DNA of 64,000 bases from Octopus sinensis (taxonomy: Eukaryota). The position numbers and the translations under genes were made by a program. The notes below the pieces were generated by a model. That model saw nothing but the letters and a program-made list of their open reading frames with translations, was not told the DNA's origin and ran no database searches. The stretch covers positions 106,330,001 through 106,394,000 of the forward strand of contig NC_043003.1 of NCBI RefSeq assembly GCF_006345805.1, read 5' to 3'. Each line of letters starts with the position of its first letter. The stretch's first letter is position 1. Positions 1-11,743 of this stretch are shown one piece after another.

Positions 1-233
1 TTATTTACATTATTTACATTTGAAGGAATATTTGTCCTCATCTTGTTTGTTGTTAACACAACGTTTCGGCTGATATACCCTCCAGCCTTCATCAGGTGTC
101 TTAGGGAAATTTTCGAACCTAGGTTCTCATTCCTAAGGTATTTTTCAATGTTATTATTATTATTCAGATCAATGCCTGGAATCGAACTCGGAATTTTGGG
201 GTTAGTAGCCTGTGCTCTTAACCACTATGCCAT
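1..233 (-). mobile_element. tRNA-headed SINE-like element carrying a hammerhead ribozyme
   Basis: Minus strand reads TGGCATAGTGG (A box, 222-232), GAGTTCGATTCC (B box, 178-189), an (AAT)n linker, a body with CTGATGA...GAAAC, and a 3' tandem tail (AATGTAAAT)2 at the window edge. Confidence 0.75.
55..100 (-). ncRNA. Minimal type I hammerhead ribozyme
   Basis: 5'-GACAC CUGAUGA A GGCUG GAGGGUAUAU CAGCC GAAA CG UU GUGUU-3'. Stem I is GACAC/GUGUU, stem II is GGCUG/CAGCC, both core motifs are intact, and stem III is the palindromic ACGU typical of Penelope-associated minimal hammerheads. Predicted cleavage is after GUU, between 60 and 59. Confidence 0.8.
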
Positions 234-391
234 ATAATAATAACATCAAAAAATACCTTAGGAATGAGAACCCAGGTTTGAAATTTCCCCATGACACCTT
301 ATGAACGCTGGAGGGCACATCAGCCAAAACGTTGTGTTAACAACAAACAAGATGAGGACAAATATCTGTCAAATGTAAATAATGTAAATAA
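234..391 (+). mobile_element. 5'-truncated inverted copy of the hammerhead element, ribozyme core mutated
   Basis: Reverse complement of 1-158 at roughly 90% identity by eye. The core reads CTTATGA (298-304) and AAAAC (326-330) instead of CTGATGA and GAAAC. Confidence 0.8.
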
Positions 392-450
392 TTCCTCATC
401 TCTTAAATATAGAACTGTGAAATCTCAAGTTGTTTATCAGTTTGGAAGAA

Positions 451-800
451 CAGAAGTAATGACTGTGTGGTAATAAGATCACTTCCCAACCATGTGGTTC
501 TGGGTTCAGTCCCACCATGTGGCACCTTGGGCAGACCAAAGCCTTGAGAGTGAGTTTATTAGATGGAAACTGAAAGAAGCCTATATGTGAGTATGTCTGT
601 GTTTGTCCCCCATCACTGCTTGATAACTAGTGTTGTGTTTATGCCCCTGTAACATAGTGGTTCAGCAAAAGAGACCAACAAAATAAGCACCAGGTTTTAA
701 AAAAAACAAAAAAACTACTAGAATCAATTCATTCAACTAAATTTTTTCAAGATGGTGCTCCAGCATGGCTGCAGTCTAATGACTGAAACAAGTAAAAGAA
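451..800 (+). mobile_element. SINE family A, diverged copy
   Basis: Contains GGTTCAGTCCC B-box-like motif, CCTTGGGCA, GGAAACTGAAAGAAGCC and the GACTGAAACAAGTAAAAG tail shared with about 18 other copies. Confidence 0.8.
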
Positions 801-1081
801 TTACACAGCCACAGCCCAATGGCTGAAACTAGTACAAGAGTATACAACACAGAACTGAAGTTGTTTACCACTTTGAAAGAACAAAGCTAATTTGTTCTTT
901 GAAACAACAAATCACTAGAGCCAATAATAATAATAATAATAATAATAATAGTGTGAGGTCACTGATACAAATAGAAAATACAGAACTGGGCCAAGTGCTG
1001 CACCTCACGTAAACCTATCTATAAATGATAACAGAGTTATTTTAAGTTTGAGTAACACTTTCATCTTTGGGTGATTTGATT

Positions 1082-1117
1082 TTATTCTATTTTCGCTGGT
1101 TTTTGTTTTGTTGTTGC
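1082..1117 (-). CDS. Candidate terminal coding exon of an unidentified minus-strand gene
   Basis: Strong acceptor T14-ACTGTTTTCAG; one frame gives ATTKQKPAKIE-stop. No homology recognised and the frame is not established. Confidence 0.2.
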   Translation of the reverse strand, partial: ATTKQKPAKIE

Positions 1118-1389
1118 CTGAAAACAGTAAAAAAAAAAAAAACGGTTCTAATCATGTTTTATATCATTTCCTGCATTTGTAAATAATATTTCATTAAATT
1201 GAACAAATGAAATATTTAATGCAAACTATAAGCCACTTTGAGCAGATTATCTCTTCAATCAAATTATAATTTGGATCTCCTTCCCTCTCTCTCTCTCCCT
1301 CCTGCTCTTAGCTTTTGAAAAGTTGCAATAATTTCTTTTATTTTATGAGTCAAATCACATGTCTATTCTTTTTCTGTCTTGTAACTGGT

Positions 1390-1575
1390 AACCCCACTCA
1401 TGCTGGTGCCTTGGAAAAAAAGCCCCAGTACACACTGTAAGATAACTGGCATTAAGAAAGGCACACAGCCATAGAAACCATGCTAAATCTGACAGTGGGG
1501 TTCAGTGCAGCCCAGCAGCTCACCAGATCCTGTCTAACCATCCAGCCCAAGCCAACATGGATAGAAATGATGATC
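1390..1575 (+). mobile_element. Family C (RTE 3' region) diverged copy
   Basis: Degenerate version of GGCATTAGGAAGGGCATCCAGC...CCAACCCATGC...GATGAT. Confidence 0.55.
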
Positions 1576-2910
1576 AACTATGAAATGACAACCAGGTAGA
1601 CTGAGGCAAAAAAGTTTACATAAGCCTTGCATAGGGTTCACAAAACTACACAAGGCCAGAAATTTCGGAGGAAGGAGAAGAAAGTCAATTACATCAACCC
1701 AAGTGCTAAACTAGTACTTACTTTATCATCCCCAAAATCGACCCTAGTGTCGTTTGAACTCAGGACATAAAGACCAAAGAAATACTGCTATGCATTTTGT
1801 CCGGCCAGCTTGCTGCCTTGCATTAAGTTAATACCAAGACTTTAAAACTCATGACCTATATTGTTAAATAGCAAAATTATTTAACTGAGTTGCATACATA
1901 CATCTTTGTTGTTAGAAGTAAGCTATAAGCAGTAACTAGAAAAAATATCCAAACAGAAAACATTTGTAAATAGAACACTAAATTCGTTATCTCTCTTTTC
2001 CACAGACTTACACAGATAATTAATTAAATCTTAATGAGGAAGAAGAAAACTGTAAAACAGTAAATAACATTTGTTGTTGAGTTGAAACATTTGACAGTTT
2101 TCACTAATAACTTTTCAATGTTCTGGCATGAACAAGAAATTCATATTTTCTGACGTGTTGATGCTCGGAGGCAATTTACAGACATTATTACTTCTAAGGG
2201 TCTGATACCATTAAATCCTAAAACCAAGTTTTCAGTCATGCAACTAAACCGATAATAACAATATGAGTCATTCTAAACAACTTATCTCTCCTTTCTGCAA
2301 AATTACAAAGATAATTAATCCAATCCTAATCAGAAAGAAAATTAAAAATAGTTTTAAGACAGTTGACAGTTCTCATATCTCCATTTACTGGTTTATAAAA
2401 ATAAATAAATAACACTCCATATTATCTGAAGTCCTAATAACAATCAAAAGTCTAAGAGGAATTAACTAGATGCTACTTTTAGAAATGTAGGACAAGTAAA
2501 TCTAAAAGAATTGGTTATAAACTACACACCAGAGTTAAAGGATTTCTTAATTTCGCACAAATTTTGGAGGAGAGGAGTGCTTCCAATGGAATTCACCCCA
2601 GTTCTTGACAAGTATTTTACAAGGTCATGGCCTTTGTTCTGGTAAGCTTTTTGGTCTAGTACCCTCAATCAAGAGACCTTTAATGTGCGTCACCTGAGTG
2701 ACCTTTGATGTGTGTCACCTGTTTCTCTTCCCTTAAAATGTTATTCCCTGGAACTTGTTACCGTTGCCTTATTTCCCCTCTGGTCTCCAGTCCTTTAAAC
2801 TTTCTGTCATTCAACTTCTGATGAATTTGTAGGCCCCTTATTTTCACTCTTTGTTGTCCTTTACACTGCAGTAACCTCAAGCCTTGTTTGGGACAAAATC
2901 ATAAACCATT

Positions 2911-3273
2911 TATCTTTTACTTGGTTTAGTCATTGGACTGCGAGCTTACCAGTGCACTACCAGCAAGAATTTCTAGTCAAGCAAATCAACTATTTTGTAA
3001 AGCCTAGTACTTGTTCTATCAATCGTTTTTTGCTGAACTGCTAAGTTACAGAGAAATAAACAAACCAACACCAGTTGTCAAGCAGTGATAGGGGACAAGC
3101 ACACACACACACAATTATATATATATATATATACTTACACACACACATATAATTATATATATACACACAGATATAACTATATAACTATATATATATACAC
3201 ACACACATACACAGGATAGGCTTCTTCCAGTTTCTATCTTCCACCTCATAAGGCTTTGGTCAGCCTGAGGCTA
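2911..3273 (-). mobile_element. SINE family A, 5'-truncated
   Basis: Tail, (CA)n/(TA)n middle and AAGGCTTTGGTCAGCCTGAGGCTA segment; it abuts the transposon relic at 3276. Confidence 0.7.
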
Positions 3274-3275
3274 AA

Positions 3276-3915
3276 CAGGATGTGATATGTAAATTGTTGC
3301 CATTTAATATCTTTAATTTTGTGCATGTGCATTGTTTGCTTTTGTCAACTACACAGTATAGTAGGGTCAGTTGGGTACTGTCTGTGAGAAAAACAGCACC
3401 ATGACACAATTTGCTTGGCATTTGCACAGGTAGCCCCAATATGATGTGCCAGAAGTGATCACAAGTGATGGTAACATTATACCTCCATTCATCTTCCCAC
3501 ACACCCTCAGACTCAACACAGAAGGCTACATCAAGTGCCTGGAGAAGGTAGTGCTTCCCTGGGTCAAGAGGGTAGCTGCTGGAAGACCCTATACCTGGCA
3601 ACAGGACTCTGCACCATGCCACACAAGCAGGAGAACCCACTCATGGCTGTCAGACAATTTCTGCGACTACATCACCCCTAACATCTGGCCACCTAACTCC
3701 CCAGACTGCAACACCCTTAATTATTATGTGTGGGGTGCAGTTGAGCAAGAGACCAACAAAACTCCTTGTAACACCAAAGATGAACTGAAAGCAAAGATTA
3801 TGGCAGCATTCACCAACTTAAACAAGGAGACCACCCAAAAGAGTTGCAGGAGATTCTGAAGCTGTCTGGAGGCAATGGTTGAAGCCAACAGCAATTTTAT
3901 TGAATAAATTTACTC
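3276..3915 (+). mobile_element. Tc1/mariner superfamily relic, DD37D (maT-type) transposase C-terminus
   Basis: ORF 3446-3859 has WQQDSAPCHTS...WPPNSPDCNTLNYYVWG with 37 residues between the second D and the third catalytic position, which is mutated D to N. It begins with a TIR-like CAGGATGTG. Confidence 0.9.
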
Positions 3916-4329
3916 TCTTTTACACTTTTACTAGTTTCAGTCATTTAACTGTGGCCATGCTGGAGCACCGCCTTTAATCGAGCAACTCGGGACTTATTCT
4001 TTTGTAAGCCCAGTACTTATTCTATCGGCCTCTTTTGCCGAACCGCTAAGTAATGGGGACATAAACACACCAGCATCGGTTGTCAAGCAATGCTAGGGGA
4101 ACAAACACACAAAAAAACACACACGCTTATATATATATATATGTATATATATATATACATATATATGATGGGCTTCTTTCGGTTTCTGTCTACCAAATCC
4201 ACTCACAAGGCTTTGGTCGGCCTGAGGCTATAGTAGAAGACACTTGCCCAAGGTGCCACGCAGTGGGACTGAACCCGGAACCATGTGGTTGGTAAACAAG
4301 CTACTTACCACACAGCCACTCCTGCGCCT
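3912..4329 (-). mobile_element. SINE family A, full length
   Basis: Head AGGCGCAGGAGTGGCTGTGTGG (A box), GGTTCAGTCCC (B-box-like), internal (TA)n(TG)n, GTAAAAG tail. Confidence 0.92.
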
Positions 4330-4830
4330 AGTATATACTCTATAGTATTTAAGATGTTTCTATGTAAATTTGGTAAATATTCCTGTTAAAATGCAATGTG
4401 TGAGTTATTTTCATTTCTGTGTAGATTAGACGACAGTTTATTCATTGCAAAAGGATGGGATGACTGCAGCTGGAATGAGTAATCTTTGGTTAGTGACACA
4501 AGTGTTAGCTTATATCTGCTTATCAAGTGATCAGTTTTTCATCTTTGCACATGACCAATGTACAATATCCTGTCTTACACACAGCTTTGGAATTATAAGG
4601 GGAAGAGGAAGAATGTCTCAGAGTCAATTTACATATGAATTAGAAATATAATACTTATAACCAGGAATTAAAGACCAGTAATAGACTTGGCTCACAAGAC
4701 CAAACCCATCTTTTGGGATACTTGACAATAAAAAAAAAAAAAAAAAAAAAAAGATCGAGTACATTGTCGTCAAACTTAAAGCAAAGCATCTTGTGTGTGT
4801 GTGTGTATGTATTAAACACACGTACGCATA

Positions 4831-5320
4831 TCCTCCTCATCACCATCGTTTAACGTCCGTTTTCCATACTAGCATGGGTTGGACGATTCAACCGGGGGTC
4901 TGGGAAGCCAGGAGGCTGCACCAGGCTCCAGTCTGATCTGGTAGAGTTTCTACAGCTGGATGCCTCCCTAACGCCAACCACTCCGTGAGTGTAGTGGGTG
5001 CTTTTTACGTGCCACCGGCACAGGGGCCAGAGGAGGCTGGCAACGTCCACGATTGGTTGGTGCTATCATGTGCCACTGGCATGGACGCCAGTCAAGGCGG
5101 CGCTAACACCCCACACAGTTTCTACTACTGGATCATTTTCCTGATGCCAACCACTATACGGAGCGTGTTGGGTGCCTGTGACCCTATCACTAGTGAGGTC
5201 ACCAAATACTTGCAAGCCAAGACCCCTCAACTGTGTTGGGTCTTCTCTTAGAGTACTGATGGAAGTAAAAATATGATAGATGGGTAGGGATAGGTGTCTT
5301 GCTGAAGAGGAGAATACGTG
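4831..5320 (-). mobile_element. Family C / RTE LINE 3' fragment
   Basis: (CAT)n tail, AACGTCCGTTTTCCATG, GGATGCC..CCTAACGCCAACCAC, GCTTTTTACGTGCCACCGGCAC, then AAGACC-type RTE 3' end sequence. Confidence 0.75.
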
Positions 5321-5589
5321 TGTAGTTCTGTAGCCATTGTGCATCATGAGAAAAATGTAAACATCAGCAGGAAAACCCAAACAAAAGGAAAAACAGAAAA
5401 TTTGTGCAGTCAAACCAAAACACCCTGAGTGATATTTCCTCAACCGAGTTGGATAGATAATCCCTTGTTGCAGTCAGAAATGTAGTCAACAAGTCATTGG
5501 TCCACTACAAGCCTCTGCCCAATAATATTATTGTTCACTTAAAGTGATATAAAAAAAAAATAGTGACAAAACTTAATGCCATTTCTCAA

Positions 5590-6230
5590 TATCATCATCA
5601 TCATCATCATTTGATGTCCATTTTTCATGCTGACATGATTTGGACATTTTGACAAAAAGCTGCCAAGCCGGGGAGCTACATCAGGTTCCAGTCTGTTTTA
5701 GCATAGCTTCTGTGGCTGGATGCCCTTCCTAGCGCCAACCACGTTTACAGTATGCTGGGTGCTTTTTACATGGTACTGGCACATCTGCTCTTTATGCAGT
5801 GCTGGCACAGGTAGGTTTTTTTTAATGTGACACCAGCACAGGGCCTTTTATGCAGCACAGGCACAGGTAGGTTTTATAATGTGACACCAGCACAGGGCCT
5901 TTTATGCAGCACAGGCACAGGTAGGTTTTTTAATGTGACACCAGCACAGGGCCTTTTATGCAGCACAGGCACAAGTACGTTTTATAATGTGGCACCAGCA
6001 CAGGGCCTTTTATGCAGCACAGGCACAGGTAGGTTTTTTAATGTGGCACCAGCACAGGGCCTTTTATGCAGCACAGGCACAGGTAGGTTTTTTAATGTGG
6101 CACCAGCACAGGGCCTTTTATGCAGCACAGGCACAGGTAGGTTTTTTAATGTGGCACCAGCACAGGGCCTTTTATGCAGCACAGGTGCTTTTTACATGGC
6201 GCCAGCACAGATGCTTTTGACGTGGTATCA
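5590..6230 (-). mobile_element. Family C copy containing a minisatellite
   Basis: (CAT)n tail and GGCTGGATGCCCTTCCTAGCGCCAACC core. Confidence 0.75.
5801..6185. repeat. 54-bp minisatellite, about 7 copies
   Basis: Unit GT(G/A)GCACCAGCACAGGGCCTTTTATGCAGCACAGGCACAGGTAGGTTTTTTAAT-like; the period is seen as an 18-aa repeat in spurious ORF 5827-6264. Confidence 0.95.
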
Positions 6231-7489
6231 GCAGAGGAGAACATTAGAAGAGCTGGGAAGGTAGTCAACAAATACTGACAGTCTTCCAACTTTAACAACT
6301 CCTACAGTGATATGCAGTATTAATCTGTTTAAGAAATAAAGCTAAATATACATTTGGTATTGTTTTACATCAATAGGTGGGAATTACTTTTTTAGAAATG
6401 GAACCTGTTTTTCACTCACTCGGCCAAACTGGAGCAGGGAGAGTTAGATACTTCACTAAAGGACACAATATGATAATTCACTGAACTAATGTGGAAGCTT
6501 CTACATGGGTGTTCATCATTACCATCATCAACCCCTGGAAATTACTGTCTTGAGCTTTAGGGCTCAGAGGGTGTTACCCATTTTCCATGATTTATAAGTG
6601 ACCAAAATCACAACATTTCCCCTCAACTGGGTTCCAGGCCATTGCAGGGTTACTCATTCAGAGATGAGTGGACTGGAGCAACATGAAATGAAGTGTCTTG
6701 CTCAAGAACACAACACAACACCCAGACTGGCAAACGAAACCATGACCTTGTGGTCATGAGTACAACAGCCTAACCATCAGGCTATGCAGGTTGTGCACAG
6801 ATGTTCAACCTGCAAGAAATACCAGCTAAATATCCCTCAAATTATGTTCTATCTTAAAAAAGAAACAAAGAAAAAAAACAAGGTATGTGGTACCTAAATA
6901 CAAGTATTTAAAAATAATGTTGGATGGTCATGGCAGAAATGCATTTTATTGTAGATCTCTTGGAGATAAACAAAAATGCAAGGACACTAGTGACATTTGA
7001 ACAGTGGTTGTTATCCAGCATCTTGACCTCACAGCCATTGCGTTGTCCAATGCCTTACGAAACTATTAATTCAGCTATCTTAATTCAAAAAAAAAGAAAA
7101 AATCTTTGAAACTATGGGATTACCAAAAGGTGTGGGATATATTCTGTTTAACAAGGGAAAAAGATAAACGATAAAAAGAGGAAATTGTTGAAATACCAAA
7201 CTCGGGATTTTTTTTTAGAGGGATTAACATTAGTAAAGCTGAGAATAGTTACATATGAAAAAGTTGTAGAAATAACACAGGACACCAGCAAACAGACATC
7301 CCTACTAAAACCAATTCACCTCTTCAGTAGCAGCAGGCTCTTTGAAAGATGCTGAACATGACAGCCTCTGGCTGAAAACCAATGATGAAGATAATAACTG
7401 AAGCAATTTAATCACAAGCCAACAATGCCTTGTGGTATTTTCTTCAGGTTATTTATGTTCTGAGTTCAGATTCTACCATGGGGTACTTG

Positions 7490-7690
7490 GGTGGTGAATG
7501 CATGTGGCCTAGTGGTTAGAGTATTACACTTACAAATTGCAAAATCACAGTTTCAATTCCCAGGTCAGGCAGTAAGTTGTATCCCTGAGCACAGCACTTT
7601 GTTTCCTGTAGCTCCAGTCCACTCGGCTGTAAATGGGTGACCTTGCAATGGATTGGAGTCTCGTTCAGGTAAGGAATGTTGTGATCTTGG
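7490..7690 (+). mobile_element. SINE family D (tRNA head, CORE-like CCTGAGCA..GCTCCAGTCCACTC)
   Basis: TGGCCTAGTGG A box; related copies at about 6600-6790(-), 12560-12720(-), 31195-31450(+) and 44117-44430(+). Confidence 0.6.
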
Positions 7691-8855
7691 TTACTTTAAA
7701 CACCACGTAAATGAAGTGACCAGCCCAATGACTCCCAAGACTCAAGTCACTGCTTCATTACCTACGTGGGAGACAGCCAAAATCTGTTGCCTGATTAAAC
7801 ACTACCACCTGATCCTTCATACACTTTAACAGATCCCACTATGTTGCAAGCATTCACACAAAGTCTCTGCTTTGAATATTATAACTTCTAATTTCAATGG
7901 CCATTAAATACTGCAATTCCTCTTCACTAATCCCTCCCTGAGAGAAAGTTTGCAAATTTTAAGTTTGTTATGCCATGGAGAGATGTGGGTTTTAATATTT
8001 CAAGTAGAGTGTCTCTTTTTCTTCTCTTTTCAAACAAGGCCAAAACTAGAAATTTTAAAACTCCCATCTCCTTGTGGTAAACGAAGTGACACAACTTTGA
8101 ACTTTATTACCTGGTTTATTTTTTTTTCCTGGCACACACCACTTACTCTTAATGTTTTTTTGTTTTTTTTTTTAATTGTCAAAAGGTGAAAGTTTCAGAA
8201 ACAAAATAATGCAACATTTATGGGGTTTTAAAAAGTTAAAAATTCATTAATGATATAACATGAAATGGCTAACAAACAGCAAAATTAAAGCAAGTCTGTA
8301 GATCTGACATTGCAGGAGCTGATATTTTTGCTATACTTATATTTTCCCCTATTCTACCTGCTCAAATCTATCCAATTTTATTAGGTGTGTGTCTATCCAC
8401 ATTGCTTATTTAATAAATACTAGCTAGCAGAACATAAAAAAATAATTCTAAAAATACACATCGTTTGTTGCTATAGTAGAAAAAAAGAAAGTACTTCTCT
8501 ACTTTCACAGTAAGCATAGCCATTAGTCAGTATAAAGACTAATTAAAGTTACCAGAGCAACAATTAAATTGCAAAGTATGTTGTGACCTACAAAGCAGGT
8601 GCCTATAAACAAGTATATAGATAGAAGGTAGTAAAATATATAAATTAATTAAATAAACCAAAAGATAACAAAGGGTGTCTACTACTTTTGATTTCCTTCA
8701 CAAATCCCCATAAAATATATTTTAACCAAAATTTTTATTACATTCACATATCTTGAACCTGGACCCACCCATCTCAAGCATCCCAACTACCAAATGATTT
8801 GGAATATTCATGTCCTTAGTGCAAAATAAATGTTTGTTTATCACCTCTGATAGGG

Positions 8856-9492
8856 CGACCTGCTGTGCTTGAGGAGGCCTATTGAGTTAAGTACATCAAC
8901 ATCAAAAGCTCAAATGGAAATTGTAGTTGTGATACCTGTGCTGGTGGCACGTAAAAAGCACCATCCATACGTGGCCGATGCCAGCGCCGCCTTGACTGGC
9001 TTCCGTACCGGTGGCACGTAAAAAGCACCAACTGATTGTGGCCGTTGCCAACACCCCCTGGCACCTGTGCCGGTGGTTGGCGAGCTAGCAGAATCATTAG
9101 CACGTCGGGCGAAATGCTTAGCGGTATTTCGTCTGCCGTTACGTTGTGAGTTCAAATTCCGCCGAGATCGACTTTGCCTTTCATCCTTTCGGGGTCGATA
9201 AATTAAGTACCAGTTGAGCACTGGGGTCGATGTAATCGACTTGATGCCTATGTCTGTCCATGTTTGTCCCCTCTGTGTTCAGCCCCTTGTGGGTAATAAA
9301 GAAATAGGTACGTATAAGGCACCCACTACACTCTCGAAGTGGTTGGCATTAGGAAGGGCATCCAGCTGTAGAAACACTGCCAGATCAGACTGGAGCCTGG
9401 TGCAGCCTCCTGGCTTCCCAGACCCTGGTCGAACCGTCCAACCCATGCGAGCATGGAAAACGGACGTTAAACGATGATGATGATGATGATGA
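8856..9492 (+). mobile_element. Family C (RTE 3' region) interrupted by SINE B
   Basis: Repeated GGCACGTAAAAAGCACC modules, GGCATTAGGAAGGGCATCCAGCTGTAGAAAC core and (GAT)n tail. Confidence 0.9.
9077..9309 (+). mobile_element. SINE family B nested in family C
   Basis: GGCGAGCT.GCAGAA head, GAGTTCAAATTCC B box, GCCTTTCATCCTTTCGGGGTCGATAAATTAAGTACCAG body; it splits the host GGTGG|CACGTA module. Confidence 0.9.
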
Positions 9493-10884
9493 CCCCTGAA
9501 AGAGAAACCTCTGTGTGGTCACTCCACCTTCTAAAAATAGCAACCAAATCAACATTGGATAATGTTGATCAAGATACACAATGATACGGAGAGTCAAGAA
9601 TAAAAAGTGCGATTAAAATAAGTCAGTCCACAAGAATACTGAGAAACGGTCACTTATTAGAATACAATAGTACATTGGAATAGAAACTTGTTCTACCTTG
9701 TGTACCAAAGACAAAACGTTCACAATATCAGGTAAAAAATAAGACAGAGTGGTCAAGTCTGGAATGTCTATTATAAATACGTGGAAAACGGACGCTAAAC
9801 GATGATGATACCAAAACAAGAGATTGGGAAAAATTTTTGGTATTATTTTAGTATATAATTTTTTTCCAATCTCCATAGAAAGGATTTTTAATTAAGTAAG
9901 CATCATGTACATAAGAGTTTACCTGGTAAATTTCAGTGTCATATCAAATTTACCTGTATCCTGGTAACAATTAATATTCTTCATGCATAAAACTTTAAGT
10001 ATGAAAGAACTTAGTAAATATCTAAGAGGATGAAATCTGCAGGTAGGCTTGAACGGGTAGGTTTAAACTTACAAGTAAGTTCTACGCCTCTTATATCTCT
10101 AAATTATATCTAAATTAGATCCACATAGATCTCTGAAACTCATAAACTTGTAATGCACCCAAGGCTGGTGGTTGAAACACACTCTGATCTAATTTCGGAT
10201 CTAATGTCCATGATTCAAAATTCAAACCTAGGCTCATTATAGGAACAACCTGACAAGCATTTTTATAACTGTATCAGGTTTCCAAATGTTCTCACGTTCG
10301 TTGCACTCAAAACTATAGTCTTCTACCGAATATAATGCTTTAGTTTGTTTCAAACCACAACAATGGATGAACTTTGAATCGAGCTGCAGAGACTGTAAAC
10401 CAGGTGAACGAAACTGGGTGCAAATGCAATTGTAAGATATCCAAGCAGCAGAAACACGTCAGAACAGACCTACATGAAGTATGCTGTATAAGTGACAGCA
10501 ACAATTTAAAAAGTGCAGCTGCACAAATCTCCGTATTCATCCATCGGTTTGACCAGATGAAGTGTTCAGTTGTTTGAATAACTGAACAACCTCACTGAAT
10601 AAACATTTAAGTGACTGAGTATTCCACAGACATATGCTCTCTTAATAAGTAATCAGTATGACACAGTGCAACAAAGCTGGACCCTTAATTTACAGTTATA
10701 ATCCTTTAGACCAATGCTAGTCAAAGTGGTGATCCGTGGACCGGTGCCCGTCTGTGAGCTATCAGCTGCTGGTACATGGTGAGTTTCCAGAAAAGAAAGA
10801 AACATTATCAAATGCTTATGTAATATTATATCATTTGTTTAAAAATATAAGATTAAAAAATTGTGAACTTTTATTATATTCATT

Positions 10885-11278
10885 ACTAGCAGTATTGCCT
10901 GGTGTTGCTCGGGTTTGTTTCGACCCTTTAGAATTGGAATTTTTGAAAAGTAAAAATTTTGGATTATGTAGCTTGTTATTCTCTTTCAGTGAACATTTTT
11001 CTGGTTGAAATACACCAAAAAAATGGTGACACAGCAGTCAAATAAATCGTAAAAAATAGGGATTTTCATTGAAAAAAAGCACCTTTTTGATGTAAATAAT
11101 CTTTAGTCTTAACATGGTCCAATTTGAATTTTATCTTCTACGGAATGAAGAGAAAGCCTTCTTCTATCATACTCTCAATTTTGGTCAACTCGTGCCGCAG
11201 GGTCTCGGAGGAGATAGTGTTAGTTGAAGGCTACCAAACCTGCCGTACACAGACAATTTCAGCTTTATATATATAGAT
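10885..11278 (+). mobile_element. Non-autonomous Helitron/Helentron-like (HINE-type) element
   Basis: Starts ACTAGCAGTATTGCCTGGTGTTGCTCGGG and ends CTTTATATATATAGAT, termini typical of this class (recognised from memory). Confidence 0.55.
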
Positions 11279-11699
11279 ATATATTGTTTCCTGTATAAAC
11301 TAATATTACTAAGAAATATTACTGGTCCCTGGCACATTGGGAAAAAAAAAAAAAACTGCCAGTATGCCACGTCAGATAGTTTGAGAAGCACTGCTCTAGA
11401 CAAGCTTTCACACTTGATGCCACATACTGAGATTATTGAAAATCAAATTTCTTAACCAGTCAACCATAAAATGTCTCTTGAAATTTTCAGAAGTTCAGCC
11501 TCCAGACCTATGATTCCAGACATGACCACCTTGCTTTTTTCCTAGACTAGTATATACAGGACTATGTTATCAAATTCATTTATTGTTTAAAATAGTAGGG
11601 GGTCTTTTGAGAGCGATTTTGCTGCCAAGTGCAAGTGTGCGAACTGAGAGCTCTGGCTACAGTTTCTAGCAGGTCACACATGTGTTCTGTACTTGTGTA

Positions 11700-11743
<44 letters not shown>

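Noticed and set aside
5827-6264. 145-aa ORF with 18-aa repeats
   Set aside because: It is the translation of the 54-bp minisatellite in a retroelement, open in several frames on both strands.
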